The notes: generated by a model not told the origin, from the letters alone. A stretch of DNA of 64,000 bases from Candidatus Thalassarchaeaceae archaeon (GCA_023700255.1 JAJPRD010000004.1:12093-76092), one strand, 5' to 3'; positions 29,070-38,832 are shown, counted from the stretch's first letter. Numbers and translations: made by a program.

Positions 29070-30773
29070 ATGAAATATGTTCCAGATGATTTCGAACCGT
29101 CAATTTGGGCTAATATTGAGCCTTACGTGAATGATTTGTTAAAAAGAGAATTAAGTTGTTCTAGTTGTTTAGAAACTCTAATCTCAGATTCTTCAAATCT
29201 AGCAGAACATATCTCAGAAACTGGGGCTTTACTTTACATCGCTATGACTTGTGATACAGAAAATAAAGAGAATAAAAGTGCTTTTCTAGATTTTGTAGAA
29301 AATATTCGTCCAAAACTTTCAGAATTCTCTGATCAACTAAATCGAAGAATAGTAGAGCATCCAGCTGTCAATGATTTACCTGGAAGATATGACTTAATGA
29401 TTAGAGGAATTAAATCAGATATTCAAATATTTAGAGTAGAAAATATACCTTTAGGAGTAAAACAAACTAAACTAGTTACAAAGGCTCAAGGGATTACTGG
29501 TGGAATGACTGTTGAATTCGAAGGTAGAGAGATGACTTTCCCTGAAATGAGAGTTTTTTTAGAATCAAATGATAGAATTAAAAGAGAAAGTGCATGGAAA
29601 TCAATGGTTAAAAGATGGATGGAAAATTCAGAGGACTTATCGGAAATTTTTGACGAACTTATTGCAATAAGGCACCAAATCGCTAAGAATGCAGGATTTG
29701 AATCATATACTAACTATATGTTCAAGGCTATGCATCGATTTGATTATTCAATAGAAGATTGTTTGACATTTCACAAATCTATTGAAGAAGTATGTATGCC
29801 TATTCTTAACAAAATAAATATCGAAAGAAAAAATGCTTTTGGTTTAGATCAATTATCACCTTGGGATGTAAATGAAAAATCGGGTAGTGGTCCAGATATA
29901 GATGGAAAAGAATCATTAAAGCCATTTGAAACAGTGGATGAGATGGTTACTAAATTATCACAATTATTTCATAATATGTCTAATGATTTAGGTGACAAAT
30001 TCGATAAGTTAGTGGAAATGGATACCTTAGATCTAGAAACAAGAAAAGGTAAAGCACCAGGTGGTTACCAATATTATCTAGAAAAAAGCAGAATACCGTT
30101 CATTTTCATGAATGCTGCAGGTTTACAAGGCGACCTTGAAACAATGGTTCATGAATCAGGGCATGCATTCCATTCTCTATATTGTGGACATTTAGATTTA
30201 ATTGATGAAAGAGACTATCCAATTGAATTTGCAGAAGTTGCAGCAATGTCAATGGAACTATTAACGCAACCAGAATGGGATATTTTTTATGATGAATTAG
30301 ACGAAGCAGATAGGGCAAGAATCACCCATCTTGAAGGAGTTGTGTTCTTGCTTCCCTGGATTGCTACGATAGATGCTTTCCAACATTGGATTTATGCGAA
30401 TCCTGAACATACAAGAGATGAAAGAAAGAAACAATGGATATCTTTGCGAGAAAGATTCGGATCAAAAATGGACTGGGAAGGTCATGATAATTTCAGAGAG
30501 CTTTCTTGGCAACAGCAAGGACACCTTTTCGGTGTTCCTTTCTATTACGTAGAGTATGGTATTGCACAATTAGGAGCATTGCAATTGTGGCAAACCCATA
30601 GGGGAGACCCAAAAAAGGCACTTGAAAACTACTCTAATGCTATGAAATTGGGGAATACAAAAACATTACCTGATTTATTCGCTGCTGCTGAACTAAAATT
30701 AGGTTTTGATGAAGATCATCTCTATTCATTAATCAATGAAGTAGAAACCGCTATGTCAGAAATAAAAAATTAG
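29070..30773 (+). CDS. pepF: M3B oligoendopeptidase F family metallopeptidase
   Basis: 567 aa. Zinc motif HESGHAFH with a downstream Glu ligand region (EFAEVAAMSMEL). Overall PepF-like length and C-terminal helical region. Confidence 0.88.
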   Translation: MKYVPDDFEPSIWANIEPYVNDLLKRELSCSSCLETLISDSSNLAEHISETGALLYIAMTCDTENKENKSAFLDFVENIRPKLSEFSDQLNRRIVEHPAVNDLPGRYDLMIRGIKSDIQIFRVENIPLGVKQTKLVTKAQGITGGMTVEFEGREMTFPEMRVFLESNDRIKRESAWKSMVKRWMENSEDLSEIFDELIAIRHQIAKNAGFESYTNYMFKAMHRFDYSIEDCLTFHKSIEEVCMPILNKINIERKNAFGLDQLSPWDVNEKSGSGPDIDGKESLKPFETVDEMVTKLSQLFHNMSNDLGDKFDKLVEMDTLDLETRKGKAPGGYQYYLEKSRIPFIFMNAAGLQGDLETMVHESGHAFHSLYCGHLDLIDERDYPIEFAEVAAMSMELLTQPEWDIFYDELDEADRARITHLEGVVFLLPWIATIDAFQHWIYANPEHTRDERKKQWISLRERFGSKMDWEGHDNFRELSWQQQGHLFGVPFYYVEYGIAQLGALQLWQTHRGDPKKALENYSNAMKLGNTKTLPDLFAAAELKLGFDEDHLYSLINEVETAMSEIKN

Positions 30774-30797
30774 TCGGACGAGCTGGAGTCTGTGAAA

Positions 30798-31799
30798 TTA
30801 ATCTTTCAGACCCTCAGCTGTCACGGTAAAGACCGCTTCTCCTTCAGGAAGATTAGGGCTATCAATTAAGCGTGCAATGCGCCTACCACCCTTAGATTTC
30901 CTGAGGTAAAGTCGGAATGTGCTTGCGTGACCTACGATATGTCCGCCGATTGCTTTAGTTGGATCACCCCATAATGCAGCAGGATTAGACATTACTTGAT
31001 TAGTGACTAAAATTAGAGCATTTTGAACATCAGAGAGTTGTTTAAGTTCTTTCAAATGTCGATTTAATTTTTGTTGTCTAGGGGCTAACATACCACGACC
31101 AACATACTCTGAACGGAAATGGCTTGTAAGAGAATCTACAATAACCAGTTTTACATCGATAGATTTTGCCATTCTTTTTATTTCATCTACTAATAGCATT
31201 TGATGCGCGGAATTGTATGCTCGAGCAACATGAATTCGCTCCATAGCATGGCTAGGGTCCATACCTACTGCTTCAGCCATTTGAGCAATCCTCTCTGGCC
31301 TGAAGGTATCTTCAGTATCAATATAGAATACCTCTCCATTGAGACCACCTTGAGAAATTGGAAGGATTGTGTTGACAGCTAACTGGTGACCGATCTGAGT
31401 TTTACCACTACCAAATTCACCATACACTTCACATATAGATTGTGTCTCAAATCCACCACCGAGTAATTCATCTATAGAAGCAGTACCAGAAGTTAATTTT
31501 TGGACAGTTTTACGCTTTTCGATAAGTGCAGTACCACTAATAAAACCGCCAATATTAGCTAATTTCTTTGCAGCTTGTATAATTTTAGAGGAGACTGCTT
31601 CTCCTAATTCTGCTTGTTCAGCTAATTCCATAGGGCTCATAACTGCTATTCCGAGTAGTTCATCAAAACCAGCCTCTCTAAGTTTCTCTGCTGTTGCTGG
31701 ACCAACGCCGGGAAGATCTTCGATAGTCATTTCTGGTTCATCAATATCAATTGTTATTTCATCGTCATCTATATTTTCACTCGCAGTTTTCTTTGCCAT
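30798..31799 (-). CDS. radA: DNA repair and recombination protein RadA
   Basis: 333 aa. N-terminal HhH ([20 protein letters not shown]), Walker [10 protein letters not shown], Walker [14 protein letters not shown]. Typical archaeal RadA C-terminus. Confidence 0.95.
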   Translation of the reverse strand: MAKKTASENIDDDEITIDIDEPEMTIEDLPGVGPATAEKLREAGFDELLGIAVMSPMELAEQAELGEAVSSKIIQAAKKLANIGGFISGTALIEKRKTVQKLTSGTASIDELLGGGFETQSICEVYGEFGSGKTQIGHQLAVNTILPISQGGLNGEVFYIDTEDTFRPERIAQMAEAVGMDPSHAMERIHVARAYNSAHQMLLVDEIKRMAKSIDVKLVIVDSLTSHFRSEYVGRGMLAPRQQKLNRHLKELKQLSDVQNALILVTNQVMSNPAALWGDPTKAIGGHIVGHASTFRLYLRKSKGGRRIARLIDSPNLPEGEAVFTVTAEGLKD

Positions 31800-31802
31800 C
31801 TA

Positions 31803-31809
31803 ATCACCT
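31803..31809 (-). promoter_or_regulatory. Shine-Dalgarno-like site (AGGTGAT) upstream of radA
   Basis: The minus strand reads ...ATAAATAGGTGATTAG-ATG. AGGTGAT is complementary to the conserved archaeal 16S 3' end (GAUCACCUCC). Confidence 0.5.
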
Positions 31810-31874
31810 ATTTATGATACTGCGGATTATTAGAAAGTATATGAATAAATGAAAGACCCCTGTTTATTATTGAA

Positions 31875-31919
31875 AGTGAAAAAATACCTAAGAGCCTCTT
31901 AGTCGTTTCTTTTTTCACT
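31875..31919 (-). terminator. hairpin plus U-tract immediately downstream of tRNA-iMet (putative terminator)
   Basis: Perfect 10-nt inverted arms AGTGAAAAAA (31875-31884) and TTTTTTCACT (31910-31919). They enclose an inner inverted repeat CTAAGAG/CTCTTAG (31888-31902). On the minus-strand RNA the structure carries a U6 run about 20 nt past the tRNA 3' end. Confidence 0.35.
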
Positions 31920-31938
31920 TTAAGTTTAGATTTAGTTT

Positions 31939-32016
31939 TGGTATCGAGTGGTGGATTTGAACCACCGGTCTCCGGGTTATGAGCCCGACGAGATAACCTG
32001 ACTACTCCAACTCGAT
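31939..32016 (-). tRNA. tRNA-Met (anticodon CAT), initiator type, CCA encoded
   Basis: The reverse complement folds as follows. Acceptor ATCGAGT/ACTCGAT. D arm GAGT-AGTCAGGTTA-TCTC. Anticodon stem TCGGG/CCCGG with loop CTCATAA. T arm GGTGG-TTCAAAT-CCACC. Then A-CCA. The A1:U72 pair and three consecutive G:C pairs closing the anticodon loop are the archaeal initiator hallmarks. tRNA-Ile2(CAU) cannot be strictly excluded. Confidence 0.85.
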
Positions 32017-32124
32017 AGTCGGTCGTGAAGCCTTACTTATTTGAAGACGCCTAGAAAGATTTTTGCACATTAACGTATGATAACAGTCATGTGGTGTCAG
32101 TTGACCCGCAGTACTGAGAACACT

Positions 32125-33477
32125 ATGAGAAACGGATTGCTAATACAAAATGCGATGATGGTCCTCCCTAGCAGAATTGTGCAAGGCGATCTCCGTGTAA
32201 TTAACGGTTCAATCAAAACCGTCGCACCACAAGGGGGGTTACAGCCTGAGATTGGAGAATATGTAATCGATGGAACTGGATTGCACTTATTACCTGGTGC
32301 GATAGACCCTCATGTTCACTTTAGGGACCCTGGTCATCCAGAAAAGGAAGACTTAGAGAGCGGTAGTCGGGCTGCGGCGGCAGGTGGAATTACATCATTT
32401 CTCGATATGCCTAACACACTACCTAATGCGACAAATCGAACGGCACTAGAAGCGAAGATTGCCTCTGCGGCTAAGAAAGCTGTGACTCATCATGGCTTCT
32501 TCATTGGAGCCACAACGAACAATGTCTCTGATTTACAAAGCGTAGAAGGCATGGATGGCGTTTGTGGAATCAAGGTATTCATGGGTAGTAGCACAGGAGA
32601 TTTACTGGTTCATGAACAAAAGCACCTTGAGGATATTTTTGCGAATACTGGAGGCATCATTGCAACACATGCAGAGGACGAGGAGCGACTATTATCCCGA
32701 ATTCCTGAATTTCAACATCGTACTGATATCGCCGCTCATGCAGAATATCGGGATGTTGAATGTGCATTGATAGCAACAAAAAGAGCTTCCGCTTTAGCCA
32801 AAGACCATGATCATCGTTTACACATTGTTCACTTGACGAGTGGAGCCGAAGCTGATTGGTTGTCTTCGAATAAAGGGGATCTAATAACCACAGAAGTCTG
32901 CACTCAGCACTTAACTTTTGATCAGGACGACGTCGAAAATCTAGGTGTTCGAGCTCTCATGAATCCTCCGATTAGATATTCAGAGGACAAAGAAAAACTG
33001 TGGAGTCGACTTAAGGATGGCACTATTGATTGTATCGTCACCGATCATGCTCCACATACTCTGGAGTCAAAATCAGTCGGTTTCCCAAAAGCTCCTGCAG
33101 GAATGCCAGGAGTCGAAACTTCACTGCCTCTAATGCTTACACATGCAATGAACGGGAAATGTACCGTATCCGATGTTGTGCGCTGGATGTGTGCTGGTCC
33201 AGCGAAGGTATATGGGATGAAGAACAAAGGCTCGTTGATCGAAGGATTTGATGGTGATTTAACCTTAGTTGACTTGGAAAATGATAGAACAATACAGGAC
33301 TCTGATACATGGACTAGAGTCGGGTGGACCCCTTTTGCAGGGCGTTCCTTAACTGGGTGGCCAATATACACGATTGTGGATGGAAAAATTGTTCATTCAC
33401 GTACAAAAGGTGGCAAATTAAGAGGCAATGCTGTGGCATCACCAGGTAGTGTAGGTAGACCTTTAATTTTTGAGTAA
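32125..33477 (+). CDS. pyrC: dihydroorotase (class I amidohydrolase)
   Basis: Motifs DPHVHFRDPG, FLDMPNTLP, KVFMGSSTGDL, HAEDE, HIVHLTS, VTDHAPH. The track ORF starts at 32077. The ATG at 32125 (MRNGLLIQNAMMVLP) matches the usual family N-terminus. Confidence 0.9.
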   Translation: MRNGLLIQNAMMVLPSRIVQGDLRVINGSIKTVAPQGGLQPEIGEYVIDGTGLHLLPGAIDPHVHFRDPGHPEKEDLESGSRAAAAGGITSFLDMPNTLPNATNRTALEAKIASAAKKAVTHHGFFIGATTNNVSDLQSVEGMDGVCGIKVFMGSSTGDLLVHEQKHLEDIFANTGGIIATHAEDEERLLSRIPEFQHRTDIAAHAEYRDVECALIATKRASALAKDHDHRLHIVHLTSGAEADWLSSNKGDLITTEVCTQHLTFDQDDVENLGVRALMNPPIRYSEDKEKLWSRLKDGTIDCIVTDHAPHTLESKSVGFPKAPAGMPGVETSLPLMLTHAMNGKCTVSDVVRWMCAGPAKVYGMKNKGSLIEGFDGDLTLVDLENDRTIQDSDTWTRVGWTPFAGRSLTGWPIYTIVDGKIVHSRTKGGKLRGNAVASPGSVGRPLIFE

Positions 33478-35904
33478 TCAATCTTCGCAACCAGTTGCTT
33501 CATCTTCTCCACCACTTGAATCTACATCATCTTCTTCGTTACAAGGATATGTCTCAACTTCAAAATAATAGTCATTTAACTGATGACCAGGTAGATTTAA
33601 TTCAACTTGAACTGACATATCATCAATTTTATGAACTACTGCTCCTAATGCTGAAAATGAGTAAATAAATTGACCCATGAAAATTGAACGACGGATACTA
33701 GTTTCACCGCCCCACCAAGAATTGCTTTCTTCTGAATTATAAAAATCAGAATGATTTGCTGTACCATGTAGACTTAATGATTCATTTTCAACATCTACAT
33801 TTATCATTTTAAGAGTAGATACATACTCATAATTATACGTATATTCTCCAACATCATTATTTTCCCAAGTATATCTGTAAGTAGAAAGGGGAACCGCTAA
33901 CATTTCTTCAGGCCCCCAATAAGTGAAAGCTTTGTGTTCATAACTCGCTTCTGACCAAGACCAAGTCCATCCACATGAGATCATATCCTCACAATTTCCA
34001 TCAACATAACCAGGAGACAATACTTGAATATCAGAAAGTGAAGGATTAGAGGGGTCGCTGACATCAAATAATGATACTTGAGTGGTAGACCAATCGAGAC
34101 CCAATCCATCTTCACCGGGTCCAATACCAATTGTAAGAAGATGATCTTGATCAACAGGATGAATATAGGTGGAAACACCAGGGATTTCTAATTCACCAAG
34201 AATCTTAGGGTCTAATGGATTTGATAAATCAAGTACCCAAAGAGGGTCTATATTTTCAAAAGTTACAAGATATCCTCTTTCGCCAACAAATCGTGCGCTC
34301 CAAATTGTTTCATTAGGTGCGATATCTTCGATAATGCCTACTTGATTTAAAATATTACATGGATCTACAATGCAATTAACACCTTCATATTGTAGAATGG
34401 TAACTTGGTTTGTTGGCCCAGAAAAAATAGGTTCTCCATCTTCATCTAATTCCCCATCTAGCCACCAACGACCCCATGCATCAGAGGTTGAGGCTATTCT
34501 TATTGATCCTTGAAACTCACTCATAGAAAATTGATCTTGGACTGTACCAGAAACTCTACCTGAGCCAATATAAGATGTTGAATTACTATCTGATATATCG
34601 AATGCATGAATATTTGTAGTGTCTTCGAAACCATTATTTCTCCAAAACCACCACCAATCAGCAGTCGGTTCTGCCAATAATAAGACATTTCCAGAGGAAT
34701 AAACATGAGCCCAGCGAGAAGTAATATGATCCACTTCAAATTCTATATTTTCGCCAAACATTTTCATTGTCATTATAGTAGTTAGACCACGAACTGTAGT
34801 CTCAGGGCTAGCTGAAAACTCACTGCAATCATCAGAAAACATTGAGGATTGAACATAGGTCCCATTAGAATTTCTTTCATACATTTGAGGAACGAAATCG
34901 TCCAGAGTTAGTGATTGAATAACTTCACTATTAGAACGAATTATATTAGATAAAGAGGAGTTCCAGATATTCATTTGTTCATTAATGGATTTAGTAAGAT
35001 AATAGTCATCAGGAAGGTTTACCCATGTTTGAATCCCCTGGAAATAGGTATACAAATGTGTCACTGAGCGCACGGTACCATCAACTAATCTAGCTGTATG
35101 ATAATTCCCTTCTATCAACAATTCCTTCTCAATCGCTGGATTTAACTTATTACTAATATCAATTATAGTATACATTACGAGACTTTCATAACGGGTATAA
35201 GTATGAGTTTTTTCAATGCCATTGGAATTAACCCAAGTATAACTTTCATCATGCCCCATTAATTCTAACAAAGGATGATCTGAGGGAAGATTCCAATAAT
35301 TAATACTAGATGTAATTACAAGTCTGTCACCTTCAAGCATCATTTCCATAGGGGTACCAATCATAGTTGTGTTTGATAATAAATTTAACTCGCCAAATTC
35401 TGGAACACCCATGATAAGGAGTTTATTTCCATTAATCATATAGATATAGTGTCCATCGGTTTTTATGAAATCTGCTTCATCAACACCTGATTCTTGATTA
35501 TTCGTACCTGAAACTTCACCTGTTCGATCATCGCCACTAGAAGTTGTTGCGCTAGTAGAATCAGATTCTGCAGAACTTTCCGCCATCATTAATCCATCCT
35601 CATCCCATGTCCGTAAAGACATGAAGTTTGGAGACCAATGATAATACGATTGCTGATCTAATTGAACTAACATCTCTTCATGTACCGATTGTTTTAAGTC
35701 ATCTAATAAATCGCTACATTGTTGATAACTTACTAATTCAGGACTTCCAAATATACGTTCAGATAAATCTAGTTGAGGGTATTCACCATCAATTAATACT
35801 ACAGTATCATTAATATCATCATTGATGTCTTCAATAATACCTAAACAACCTGATGAAAGTAAGATGAATAATACGAAAATAGTTGTCAATGGCTTTTTGT
35901 ACAT
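33478..35904 (-). CDS. secreted/lipid-anchored beta-propeller domain protein (PF09826/COG4880-like)
   Basis: The segment TNNQESGVDEADFIKTDGHYIYMING matches the hallmark start of the 'Beta_propel' family as I recall it. The probable start is Met19 of the track ORF (35904): MYKKPLTTIFVLFILLSSGC, a lipoprotein-type signal with a lipobox-like SGC. The track ORF extends to 35958. Confidence 0.8.
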   Translation of the reverse strand: MYKKPLTTIFVLFILLSSGCLGIIEDINDDINDTVVLIDGEYPQLDLSERIFGSPELVSYQQCSDLLDDLKQSVHEEMLVQLDQQSYYHWSPNFMSLRTWDEDGLMMAESSAESDSTSATTSSGDDRTGEVSGTNNQESGVDEADFIKTDGHYIYMINGNKLLIMGVPEFGELNLLSNTTMIGTPMEMMLEGDRLVITSSINYWNLPSDHPLLELMGHDESYTWVNSNGIEKTHTYTRYESLVMYTIIDISNKLNPAIEKELLIEGNYHTARLVDGTVRSVTHLYTYFQGIQTWVNLPDDYYLTKSINEQMNIWNSSLSNIIRSNSEVIQSLTLDDFVPQMYERNSNGTYVQSSMFSDDCSEFSASPETTVRGLTTIMTMKMFGENIEFEVDHITSRWAHVYSSGNVLLLAEPTADWWWFWRNNGFEDTTNIHAFDISDSNSTSYIGSGRVSGTVQDQFSMSEFQGSIRIASTSDAWGRWWLDGELDEDGEPIFSGPTNQVTILQYEGVNCIVDPCNILNQVGIIEDIAPNETIWSARFVGERGYLVTFENIDPLWVLDLSNPLDPKILGELEIPGVSTYIHPVDQDHLLTIGIGPGEDGLGLDWSTTQVSLFDVSDPSNPSLSDIQVLSPGYVDGNCEDMISCGWTWSWSEASYEHKAFTYWGPEEMLAVPLSTYRYTWENNDVGEYTYNYEYVSTLKMINVDVENESLSLHGTANHSDFYNSEESNSWWGGETSIRRSIFMGQFIYSFSALGAVVHKIDDMSVQVELNLPGHQLNDYYFEVETYPCNEEDDVDSSGGEDEATGCED

Positions 35905-35927
35905 AAAATAACCCAACTGGCTAGGCA

Positions 35928-36152
35928 TTATGAAGAAGTTGGTATATTGACTTGACAATTACTCAAGAAATAACTATTATTTGTAGAGAAACTAATGATT
36001 CCATTCACCGTTGCCGGATTAACCTCATCAGACTCATCATCTGTTGTATCAATCAATGTTTCAACGGCTTCTTCTGCATGATCGGAGCCGAGGCTTTGTG
36101 TGCCTGCTAAGAAGATTAGCGCAGCAATCTGTATGTCTAATTCCTGATCCAT
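35928..36152 (-). CDS. hypothetical small acidic protein (74 aa) or translated leader ORF
   Basis: ORF only, with no family resemblance. It sits between a TATA-like box and the beta-propeller gene. Acidic (DDESDE) with a weakly hydrophobic N-terminus. Confidence 0.3.
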   Translation of the reverse strand: MDQELDIQIAALIFLAGTQSLGSDHAEEAVETLIDTTDDESDEVNPATVNGIISFSTNNSYFLSNCQVNIPTSS

Positions 36153-36180
36153 CAGATTACTATTAATTGATTAAACATTT

Positions 36181-36188
36181 AATATAAA
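36181..36188 (-). promoter_or_regulatory. TATA-box-like element (TTTATATT on minus strand)
   Basis: Centred about 32 nt upstream of the ATG at 36152. With the usual archaeal TATA-to-TSS spacing (about 26 nt) this predicts a near-leaderless transcript starting at the 74-aa ORF. Confidence 0.3.
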
Positions 36189-36253
36189 TGCTCTTTTGAG
36201 TCATTGATGCATCAGATGATTACCTGAAAAGGTGAAAAGCAATAATTATGTGA

Positions 36254-37093
36254 TTACTGGGGATATTGAAAAGAATTTGAAGAATTTAATGCATCAACAC
36301 CTAAATTTGTAAGTATCCATTTAGGTCTTTTTGCTTCCGAATTAGTGCCGATATATTCTGATTTTCTAAGTTCAGAAATATGATAGCTCATTAATTGACG
36401 AGAAATTGATAGTTTTTTGCTAATATCTGAATTAGAAAGGCCTAGTTTCCCTGAATTTGATAAAATCTCAAGTATTGCTAGTCTAGTACCCATGATAGGG
36501 TTGCGTATAGTATCTAATTTAGATTTAGAAATCTCTGAAATTGCATATCTCCTAAGTTTGCCATCTTTCCAAGAAATTATTTTACCATTGTTTTCGAGTA
36601 CTTGTAGATGATAAGCAGTTACCCCGTTAGCCAATCCTAAAGAATCTCTTAATGCTGAAAAATGAATGCCAGCATTAGCCTCAAGGAACCCTAGTAAGCG
36701 ACCTCGTGTCAGAAGATCATTACGATTTTTACTCTTAGATATCAAGGGAGTTAATAGAGAAACTAACACAGTAATTTTAAAAACTTCAGAGAATAATGAA
36801 CCCAAAAAAAGAGAAGAGATACTTCCTGCACCTAAAATGATTAATTTATCTGAACGATCTTTAGAGTTTTTTTGGTCAGGACTATCTTCAGGACCATCGA
36901 ATTGTTCATCAAGAGGAGCTGCTGCTGCAGTAGATTCTGAATCCATATTCATTAACTGTGGTTCTTCATTAGAGTTAGAATCATTGAAATTATAATTCAA
37001 CACACACCCAGATACTAAACAAACTATAGCAAAAAGAGTAAATAAACGTACTGCTAAAACTCCCCTCATACATATCCCAGTATGGTGCCACAT
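36254..37093 (-). CDS. membrane-tethered transcriptional regulator with two winged-helix (ArsR/MarR-like) domains
   Basis: C-terminal tandem wHTH domains: LLGFLEANAGIHFSALRDSLGLANGVTAYHLQVLENNGKIISWKDGKLRRY and RLAILEILSNSGKLGLSNSDISKKLSISRQLMSYHISELRKSEYIG. Two TM segments flank an acidic loop of about 60 aa. The first TM ends in a lipobox-like LVSGC. The track ORF runs to 37330 but would overlap the divergent aminopeptidase gene, so I start at Met80 (37093). Confidence 0.7.
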   Translation of the reverse strand: MWHHTGICMRGVLAVRLFTLFAIVCLVSGCVLNYNFNDSNSNEEPQLMNMDSESTAAAAPLDEQFDGPEDSPDQKNSKDRSDKLIILGAGSISSLFLGSLFSEVFKITVLVSLLTPLISKSKNRNDLLTRGRLLGFLEANAGIHFSALRDSLGLANGVTAYHLQVLENNGKIISWKDGKLRRYAISEISKSKLDTIRNPIMGTRLAILEILSNSGKLGLSNSDISKKLSISRQLMSYHISELRKSEYIGTNSEAKRPKWILTNLGVDALNSSNSFQYPQ

Positions 37094-37184
37094 ATGATAA
37101 ACTTGGTTAATTGCTTTGACATTTGTTTTGACATATGAGTCGTTGTGTTGAAGAAGAGGGGCTCTTGTGTGAAGACGAAAATCG

Positions 37185-38219
37185 ATGAGCGGAGAGTTAG
37201 GAAGCGACGTTGGAGACTCTGAAGAATACGCTGAGTCTATGCTAACTTCTGCTCGTTCAGTAATACGTACCTGTCTGCAGGTTAGACCTTTTGAACCTGT
37301 TTTAATAGTGACTGACCCCGATAGTTCCACTATAGGAAGAGCATTGTATGAAGCAGCGGCTGAGGTAACAGATAGAACTCTGATGATGATGATGCCAACT
37401 TCTCATAAAAAAGGAAGTGAACCACCTGACTACGTGGCAGAATTAATGAGAAAACAAGATGTTGTTATACTAGCTACAAAGAGTTCATTAACACATACAA
37501 AAGCTAGGATTAATGCTTCAAGAACTGGTCGAACTAGGATCATATCTATGCCTGGAATAAGTGAATTAATGTTCTCTAGTGGGGGAATGACTGCTGATTA
37601 CAATGCACTGCAAAAAGAAATATCAGGTTTTACTTCAATATTTCGAAGAAAAAGAGATGTCAGAGTTACTTCAGTCGGAGGAACGGATATTACGTTTAGC
37701 ATAGGTGCGAAATGGAGAACAGACGATAATGGGATTTGTAACAGACCTGGACAAGTTATGAATTTACCATCAGGGCGTGTTTTTGTATTTCCTAAGGAAG
37801 ATTCAATGAATGGAAAAATTGTAATTGACGGCTCATGGGAGGGACATTTACTAGAAGAACCAATATCTATGGATATTGAGAATGGCGTCATTGTGAATAT
37901 GTCCAATAATCAATTAGGTGGAGAAATTAGTGCGATATTCGATGAAATAGGTAAATCACTTAACAAATCAAAAGCAGGAATTGTGAAGACCGTTGCAGAA
38001 TTTGGTTTTGGAATGAATTCAAGGGCTAAAGTAGTTGGTAACTTACTGGAAGATCAAGTCGTTCGTGGTGCTGCACATTTTGTATTTGGAGATAATTCAG
38101 CCTATGGTGGGAAAAACAATATCGGATTACAAATGAGAGGAGTGGTCTTGAAACCTAATATTGAGTTACAAGATATTGATTTGGTAAAAGAAGGAAAAAT
38201 AATCGCTCGAAGGAAATGA
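37185..38219 (+). CDS. M29-family (aminopeptidase T/AmpS-like) aminopeptidase homolog
   Basis: 344 aa. The pattern matches COG2309-type proteins: EPVLIVTD, SSLTHTKAR, ISMPGIS, GGTDITF, NLPSGRVFVFP, EFGFGMN, AAHFVFGDN. Confidence 0.65.
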   Translation: MSGELGSDVGDSEEYAESMLTSARSVIRTCLQVRPFEPVLIVTDPDSSTIGRALYEAAAEVTDRTLMMMMPTSHKKGSEPPDYVAELMRKQDVVILATKSSLTHTKARINASRTGRTRIISMPGISELMFSSGGMTADYNALQKEISGFTSIFRRKRDVRVTSVGGTDITFSIGAKWRTDDNGICNRPGQVMNLPSGRVFVFPKEDSMNGKIVIDGSWEGHLLEEPISMDIENGVIVNMSNNQLGGEISAIFDEIGKSLNKSKAGIVKTVAEFGFGMNSRAKVVGNLLEDQVVRGAAHFVFGDNSAYGGKNNIGLQMRGVVLKPNIELQDIDLVKEGKIIARRK

Positions 38220-38830
38220 TAAGAATGAGAGCATTTCTTTGGTGTAATGGTGAGTTACCAAGTTTAGATACAATAAATTCACTTGGTGAAATAACACCAT
38301 TATTCGGAGTAGATGGAGGGACTAGAAAGGCAATGTCTTGTGGTTTCTCAGTGAAGGAAGCACTTGGAGATTTTGATTCAATTGAAGACAATGAGTTTCA
38401 TGGCAAAAAGACATTACTATCTAATGACTCTGCTAGTGATTTAACTAAAACAATTCTAGAATTATCTAAGAGAGGTTACTCTGATTTTGATATTATAGGG
38501 ATTGATGGAGGTTCTCCAGGACACATTTTGGGTATATGGGGGTCTTTAGCTGAATCTTCTCCTGAATTAAAAATAAGATTGCATCATCATAATGCAGTAT
38601 CATATCGTATAACTCCAGAAAATAATGAATTTCAAATCCATATTGAAAAAGAACAGTTATTTTCGATCTTTGCTTTATCAAAATGTAATAAAATAAGCAT
38701 CAAGGGGGCTAAATGGGAACTAGATAATAAAACCCTAAATCTGTCAACAGAGGGGCTTCACAATAGAGGTAATGGGGAGATTATAACCATAAATGGAGAT
38801 GGAATAATAGCACTAATAATTGAAAAATAA
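38216..38830 (+). CDS. thiamine pyrophosphokinase
   Basis: 204 aa. Motifs VDGGTRKA and GDFDSI, with a C-terminal beta-sandwich-like region. Its start overlaps the upstream stop (ATGA). Confidence 0.7.
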   Translation: MIRMRAFLWCNGELPSLDTINSLGEITPLFGVDGGTRKAMSCGFSVKEALGDFDSIEDNEFHGKKTLLSNDSASDLTKTILELSKRGYSDFDIIGIDGGSPGHILGIWGSLAESSPELKIRLHHHNAVSYRITPENNEFQIHIEKEQLFSIFALSKCNKISIKGAKWELDNKTLNLSTEGLHNRGNGEIITINGDGIIALIIEK

Positions 38831-38832
38831 AT

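Noticed and set aside
31800-32124. Possible integrated element at the tRNA-iMet (tRNA next to a GC-rich gene)
   Set aside because: There is no integrase or recombinase, no duplicated tRNA 3' segment and no phage or plasmid genes. The only anomaly is the composition of pyrC, which I reported separately at low interest.
33045-33371. 108-aa antisense ORF and two sense out-of-frame ORFs (32555-32770, 33030-33251) inside pyrC
   Set aside because: The higher GC of pyrC reduces random stop codons. The pyrC frame carries all the amidohydrolase motifs, and the others show no protein-like features.
36207-36216. Perfect 10-bp palindrome TGATGCATCA between the regulator stop and the beta-propeller promoter
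   Set aside because: It is a single short palindrome with no second copy in the window. It could be a binding site for the adjacent wHTH regulator, but there is no evidence beyond position.
37094-37330. Long N-terminal extension of the double-wHTH regulator ORF (track start 37330)
   Set aside because: It would overlap the divergently transcribed aminopeptidase gene by about 145 nt and adds a non-hydrophobic, low-plausibility 79 aa. The internal Met at 37093 directly precedes the first TM and lipobox-like segment.
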